64,000 bases of DNA, taken from positions 16,802-80,801 of the forward strand of contig JAPPLD010000027.1 in the NCBI GenBank assembly GCA_028819565.1. Reading direction: 5' to 3'. Under the pieces are notes generated by a model that ran no database searches, was not told the DNA's origin, and saw only the letters and a program-made list of their open reading frames with translations. The stretch comes from Gammaproteobacteria bacterium. Lineage in GTDB: Bacteria > Pseudomonadota > Gammaproteobacteria > Poriferisulfidales > Poriferisulfidaceae. The position numbers and the translations under genes were made by a program. Positions 59,297 to 64,000 of the stretch are shown in pieces (within the stretch, counting starts at the first letter, position 1; every line of letters starts with the position of its first letter).

Positions 59297-61504
59297 CTAA
59301 TCCTGCGGCAGGCTTTCGTCCGGTCCCGTTCCGAAATGATCCGCAAACATGTATCGATACAGATCAATGATCAATTCCTGTTCGTGCTCCTCCAGCCAGC
59401 ACCGGGCGCTAGGGGTGAGCAACATCGTGCGGCATGGTTCGTCTGCAACCACCGTCGTCTTGGCGTCCACCGTCGGGTCGGCAAGCCAAATTACATCGCC
59501 GGGACTGCACTGGCGGAGCCGCATGCCTGCGGAATCGTGAACGGAAGCGCGGCCCGATAACAGCAATTGCAGGCCTTCGCATGGGATGTCCGGGCCCGCA
59601 AGAACCTCCTCAGCGGCATAGTCCCGGGAAGTCAGCCACGGCCGAAGCGCCTCGATGAGATCCTCGAAGCGAACTTGCCGCTCCAGTTGGCGCTCCAGAT
59701 CCTCGGAGGCTCGCTCCAGCAGCGAAGTTCGTCTCTGCTCCACCATGGCCGCATCCGCCCTCCATGCCGCGATGATAAGTTCTTCGCAACGCTCCAAGCC
59801 GAGATCGGCGTCCGACTCCAGCCACAATTTCGCAAATACCGCAGGAGCCACGTTCCGCTCCAGGCCGAACCGAAGCTTCTCGGACAGGCCGCTCAAAACC
59901 ACCTGCACGCCCGCCGCGTTCGCGCGCCGCACGGACCGCGCCACGACGTTCACCGCCGAAAAATCGAATCCGGAGACATGGCTGAAGTCGATCATCAGGC
60001 AGGAAGCCCGTGACGGACCCTTTAGGGACTTCTTGAGACGGTCCGCCAAGGTGCCCACGCTGCCGAAGAAGATGTATCCCTGAAGCTGGTACGCCTGCAC
60101 CCGGTCGCCCTCCGCCAGGAGGATGGCGCGGTCGGGAATGGAACGGGCCTTGTTGCTCCGGCGCTCGCGCACGGTGAAGTGCGAGGCAATCGGATTCACG
60201 CGGCTGAGGCGCACGGCGAAGAACACGAGGGTGGCCACCGCGCCGGCGCCCATGCCCTCAAGCAGACCGAAGAAGACGATGACGACGAAGATCAGGAGGA
60301 GGATGGCGTATTCCGACCCGGGCAGGCGTCTGCGGTTTCTCACCAGCCCCTCGTCCAGCATGCCGAGGCCGACGAAGACCAGCATGGCACCGACGAACGC
60401 GGTCGGCACCCATTCCAGCATGCCGTCGCCCAGCAGAAGCACCGCCCCGACGACGCAGGCCGCGATCACCCCGGTCAGCCGGGTGGTAGCGTGGAACAGC
60501 TTGCTGCGGAGCGATGCAGGGACAATCACCGTCGCCGCCATCCCCCCGCCAAGCCCGGCGACGATGCTGGCCACGCCCGTCGTCTGGAACTCACGGTCCC
60601 AGACCAGGTCCACATCCGTGGCGACTTCCAGCCCGGCGATATTCATGATGACGCAGACCAGGACGATCGCGACCAGCGTCAGCATGTTCGGCAACTGCCC
60701 GGCGATCGCGGACCAATCCACGTGCGCGAGATCGGTCGGCCACACGGCCGGCCATAGACTTCCCTCGGCCGTACTCGTGAGCAGGAGCCCTGCCGCCCTA
60801 GCCTCGTCCCCGGAAAGACCAAGGACGGAAAGCGCGAGATGGTAGGCACCAATCGTGAGTACAACACTCATCGGCAGAATCAAGGGATTTTTCCAGCGCC
60901 TTATGGCACCATACAAGGCGATCCCGTAGGCGAGGCCTGGCAGCCACGTCCACAGCGTGGTCGGCTCCAGAAGCGCTGACGCCGTTCTCCCATCCGAACT
61001 CGCACTCATCAGAGACATGGCTGCCAAACAGACAGCCCCTCCGATGCCAGCCACGAATCCCCCCGCCACCGGATACGGAATGAAACGCAACAAGTTGGCG
61101 AGCCGGAACCGTCCGATCAGGAGACAGCACACCCCCGTCGCGACGGCGCTGATGATCAGCGCACACACCGTGGTCACAAAGAGCTTCTCGGCATCCACTT
61201 CCATCGTCGCCGCAATGGTCGCCATCACGAACACGGGCAGGGAGGACAGGCCTGCGATGGCGCCCCGGTACCCTCCCAAAAGCGCGAAGATCAGGCATGC
61301 GGCAAAGTTTCCGAACAGCACCAAGCCGACGCCCTGGGAAGAATGCGGAGCCAAGGCTCCAGAGAAGATGAAAGTCCCATAGGCCACCTGAATGGCCAAC
61401 AAGGCGAGACCCGAGCTGATTCCGACCGACACCGCCGGAAGCAGTACCGAGGATGGAATCTCGGCCCGAAGTCCGTCGGCAAGGTGTCGCAGTGGCGATT
61501 TCAT
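59297..61504 (-). CDS. SulP/SLC26 family anion transporter fused to STAS and cyclic-nucleotide-binding (CAP-like) domains
   Basis: N-terminal SulP TM core, STAS (IDFSHVSGFDFSAV...VVLSGL), and a C-terminal beta-roll (LLLSGRASVHD...CSPGDVIW). Confidence 0.8.
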   Translation of the reverse strand: MKSPLRHLADGLRAEIPSSVLLPAVSVGISSGLALLAIQVAYGTFIFSGALAPHSSQGVGLVLFGNFAACLIFALLGGYRGAIAGLSSLPVFVMATIAATMEVDAEKLFVTTVCALIISAVATGVCCLLIGRFRLANLLRFIPYPVAGGFVAGIGGAVCLAAMSLMSASSDGRTASALLEPTTLWTWLPGLAYGIALYGAIRRWKNPLILPMSVVLTIGAYHLALSVLGLSGDEARAAGLLLTSTAEGSLWPAVWPTDLAHVDWSAIAGQLPNMLTLVAIVLVCVIMNIAGLEVATDVDLVWDREFQTTGVASIVAGLGGGMAATVIVPASLRSKLFHATTRLTGVIAACVVGAVLLLGDGMLEWVPTAFVGAMLVFVGLGMLDEGLVRNRRRLPGSEYAILLLIFVVIVFFGLLEGMGAGAVATLVFFAVRLSRVNPIASHFTVRERRSNKARSIPDRAILLAEGDRVQAYQLQGYIFFGSVGTLADRLKKSLKGPSRASCLMIDFSHVSGFDFSAVNVVARSVRRANAAGVQVVLSGLSEKLRFGLERNVAPAVFAKLWLESDADLGLERCEELIIAAWRADAAMVEQRRTSLLERASEDLERQLERQVRFEDLIEALRPWLTSRDYAAEEVLAGPDIPCEGLQLLLSGRASVHDSAGMRLRQCSPGDVIWLADPTVDAKTTVVADEPCRTMLLTPSARCWLEEHEQELIIDLYRYMFADHFGTGPDESLPQD

Positions 61505-61589
61505 CCTATGGGCTTTGCCGCGTCAGCGGTGACATCGGGAAACTATGTATTGGGATGGATTGTAACCTGCACCGCTACCGGCAATCGGC

Positions 61590-61779
<190 letters not shown>

Positions 61780-61822
61780 TCGCTTGGTCAGAATTTGATT
61801 TTAACATATAGCCTACAATCAC

Positions 61823-63181
61823 TTGGACACGTACCCCGAACCCATGTCCACCTCTCTCGTCTATACCGTCGCCGAAATCAACCAGCAGGTCCGAACGCTC
61901 TTGCTGGAAAACTTTTCGGAAGTCATCGTGCGCGGGGAGATCAGCGGCCTGAAGCAATACGCTTCCGGCCACTGGTACTTCACCCTGAAGGACCCGGACT
62001 CGGAAATTCGCTGCGCCATGTTCCGCAACCGGAACCAGCGGGTCTCGTTCGTGCCCCAAGACGGAGACGCCGTCCGAGTGCGGGCCCGGGTCGATCTTTA
62101 TGTGCAGCGAGGCAGTTACCAACTAGTCATCGAAGACATGGAACCGGAGGGCCGCGGCGAATTGTTGCGGCGTCTGGAGGAATTGAAGGCTCGGCTCAGA
62201 GACGAAGGGCTGTTCGACCTGCAACGGAAGCAGGCCCTGCCCCCCTACCCCATGATGATCGGCGTAATCACCTCGGCCGACGGTGCGGCGTTGCGGGACG
62301 TGGCGCGAACCCTGCGGCGGCGCTGGCCAGTCGCCCGGCTGTGCGTCTACCCGTCGCGAGTCCAAGGAGAAGAGGCTCCGGCCTCGCTGGTCGAAGCCCT
62401 CGCTCTCGCTTCCCGGGATAACCGTTGCGATGTGTTGATCCTGGCACGCGGAGGCGGCAGTTTTGAAGACCTTCTGGCTTTCAGCGATGAGACGGTCGTG
62501 CGGGCGGTCGCCGCCTGCCCGATTCCGCTGATTTCCGGAATCGGTCACGAGACCGACACTTCCCTGGTCGATTTCGCTGCCGACGTCCGGGCAGCCACCC
62601 CGACTGCGGCAGCGGAACAAGCAAGCCCGGATGCGACCGCGCTCAAACGGCAAGGTCTGAGATTGCTTGGGCGACTCCATAGTTTTCTCGGCCTTCGCCT
62701 GAAACAGGTTCATAGAGAACTAGACACTCAAGACCATCGACTTGAGTTGGCCCACCCGGCCGCCCGAATCAGGGGACACCAGCAGCGACTGGATGAGACA
62801 TCCGAGCGCCTGGTCCAAATGCTCCACCAACGCATGGAGCGACGGCAGCACCAGTTGGCCCTGTCCCACCGCCGCCTGCTCGCCTGCTCGCCAAAACCGC
62901 GTCTGGCCAGATTGGAACAGGCAGTCCAGCAATGCCGATGGCGAATCAATGCGGCAACGCAGAACTTGCACCAGACCTTGCGCACCCGACTGGAGCAAGC
63001 AAGCGGAACCCTTGAAGCAGTCAGTCCGCTGCGTACCCTTGAACGCGGCTATGCGATCGCGACCCTGAAGACCCCATCCGGGCCTGAATTGATTCGGAAG
63101 ACCGGCCAAACTCGTGTCGGTGATACTTTCGACCTGCAGGTTTCTGACGGCTCGATTTCGGCGGAGGTGACCGAAACCTAA
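61823..63181 (+). CDS. xseA: exodeoxyribonuclease VII large subunit
   Basis: N-terminal OB-fold (VRGEISGLKQYASGHWYFTLKD) and the XseA catalytic region. Confidence 0.9.
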   Translation: MDTYPEPMSTSLVYTVAEINQQVRTLLLENFSEVIVRGEISGLKQYASGHWYFTLKDPDSEIRCAMFRNRNQRVSFVPQDGDAVRVRARVDLYVQRGSYQLVIEDMEPEGRGELLRRLEELKARLRDEGLFDLQRKQALPPYPMMIGVITSADGAALRDVARTLRRRWPVARLCVYPSRVQGEEAPASLVEALALASRDNRCDVLILARGGGSFEDLLAFSDETVVRAVAACPIPLISGIGHETDTSLVDFAADVRAATPTAAAEQASPDATALKRQGLRLLGRLHSFLGLRLKQVHRELDTQDHRLELAHPAARIRGHQQRLDETSERLVQMLHQRMERRQHQLALSHRRLLACSPKPRLARLEQAVQQCRWRINAATQNLHQTLRTRLEQASGTLEAVSPLRTLERGYAIATLKTPSGPELIRKTGQTRVGDTFDLQVSDGSISAEVTET

Positions 63182-63242
63182 TAGAAACCGAGGAAAGACC
63201 CGGTTGATCCCGGACCGCATCCGATGCGTCCAAGCGGGCCAA

Positions 63243-63270
63243 TTGACAGACCGCAGGCACTGGATACAAT
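63243..63270 (+). promoter_or_regulatory. sigma70-type promoter TTGACA-16-TACAAT
   Basis: Hexamers read directly. ~75 bp upstream of the downstream dehydrogenase gene. Confidence 0.5.
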
Positions 63271-63346
63271 TTGCGACGAGGCTATCACGCCGTCAGCGGG
63301 GGGGCGTGCTTGTCCTCGAATTTCCTGCGAAATCCATATAGATCGA

Positions 63347-64000
63347 AGTGCTGGAGCAATCATCCCGGAATAGTAGCCCGTTGCTTGGAGTGCTTCGAGG
63401 CGAGGGAGTCGGCCCCGAGGTCGTCGATGCCGCCCTGGAAGTCCTGAAGGGGCTGCGCGATCCTTTTGGGCTCGAGGTCGAGATCGAATTCGGCGGGCCG
63501 ATCGGTACTGAGGCTTATGCTCTCGGAGGGAACGATCTTCTTCCCGAGGTGGAGGATTTCTGCCGCGGGATCTTCAAGCGCAAGGGATCCGTGCTCGCCG
63601 GAGCGGGAGGGGGCCGCTTCGTGTACGACCTTCGCGATCGCTTCCAGTTGTTCTACAAGTTGAGTCCTATTCTGAGCTATCCGGAATTGCGGGGAGTGCG
63701 ACGACTGAAAGGGGAATTCTCCGACGATGTGGATGTTCTGGTCATCAGGGAAAACCTCGGCGGTCTGTACCAGGGGAAGTCACGTGAAACGAAGGGGGGG
63801 CCGAGTACCGCGGGAGTGGAGCACACCTTTTCGTCCACGGAAAGGCAGGTTGCGGCTGTTCTGAAAGTTGCCCGCTCTTTCGCCGAATCCCGCTCGGGAC
63901 ATCTCGCCGTCGTGATCAAGAACTCGGGGCTTCCCGAGTTGGGCGCATTGTGGAAGCGCATGGCGAAGGCGGTGGCTGGGGGAAACGGCATCGAGTGCGA
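63347..64000 (+). CDS. isocitrate/isopropylmalate dehydrogenase family protein (tartrate/IPM-DH-like), 3'-truncated at window end
   Basis: LLGVLRGEGVGPEVVDAAL (the IAVLPGDGIGPEV equivalent) and VIRENLGGLY. Probable GTG start. No stop within the window. Confidence 0.65.

Overview
This is a high-GC (~63-65%) gammaproteobacterial chromosomal segment with a conserved housekeeping backbone interrupted by two accessory regions.

Backbone, in order:
- The 3' end of urtE followed by a complete urease operon, ureDABCEFG.
- A minus-strand yejABEF-type peptide ABC importer.
- fabI, a DAACS symporter and ppiD.
- tRNA-Asp and tRNA-Val, then hupB, lon, clpX, clpP and tig, then tRNA-Leu.
- Further along: ychF, pth, rplY, katG, fdhD, corC, smpB, dnaQ, rnhA, pdxH and thpR.
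- At the right end: tRNA-fMet, xseA and a partial isopropylmalate/isocitrate-dehydrogenase-family gene.

Accessory segment 1 (~24.3-35.7 kb) lies between tRNA-Leu and ychF. It carries a DUF1640 gene, a CPBP protease, a type IVb thin-pilus cluster (pilL, N, O, P, Q, S, R, V), a small secreted protein and higBA. It has no integrase and no conjugative transfer genes.

Accessory segment 2 (~50.6-61.7 kb) has lower GC and ends at tRNA-fMet. It contains:
- a TonB-dependent receptor;
- an unusual lipid-modification-like gene set: a polytopic membrane protein, a DUF1214 protein, a sulfotransferase, two retinol-dehydrogenase-like SDRs and an SRPBCC protein;
- a SulP-STAS-cNMP transporter bracketed by diverged ~125-bp direct repeats that include a tRNA-fMet 3' fragment.

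The most unusual single locus is at 41.4-43.9 kb. A signal peptide and two tandem sCache_2-like ligand-binding domains run in frame into an autotransporter beta-barrel, broken by one in-frame TGA.

Other observations:
- A 33-bp palindromic element is repeated upstream of the CPBP gene and the pil operon.
- A truncated HupE/UreJ-like mini-ORF follows ureG.
- Several promoter and terminator candidates.

Many long ORFs in the supplied track lie antisense to these genes and are treated as high-GC artefacts.
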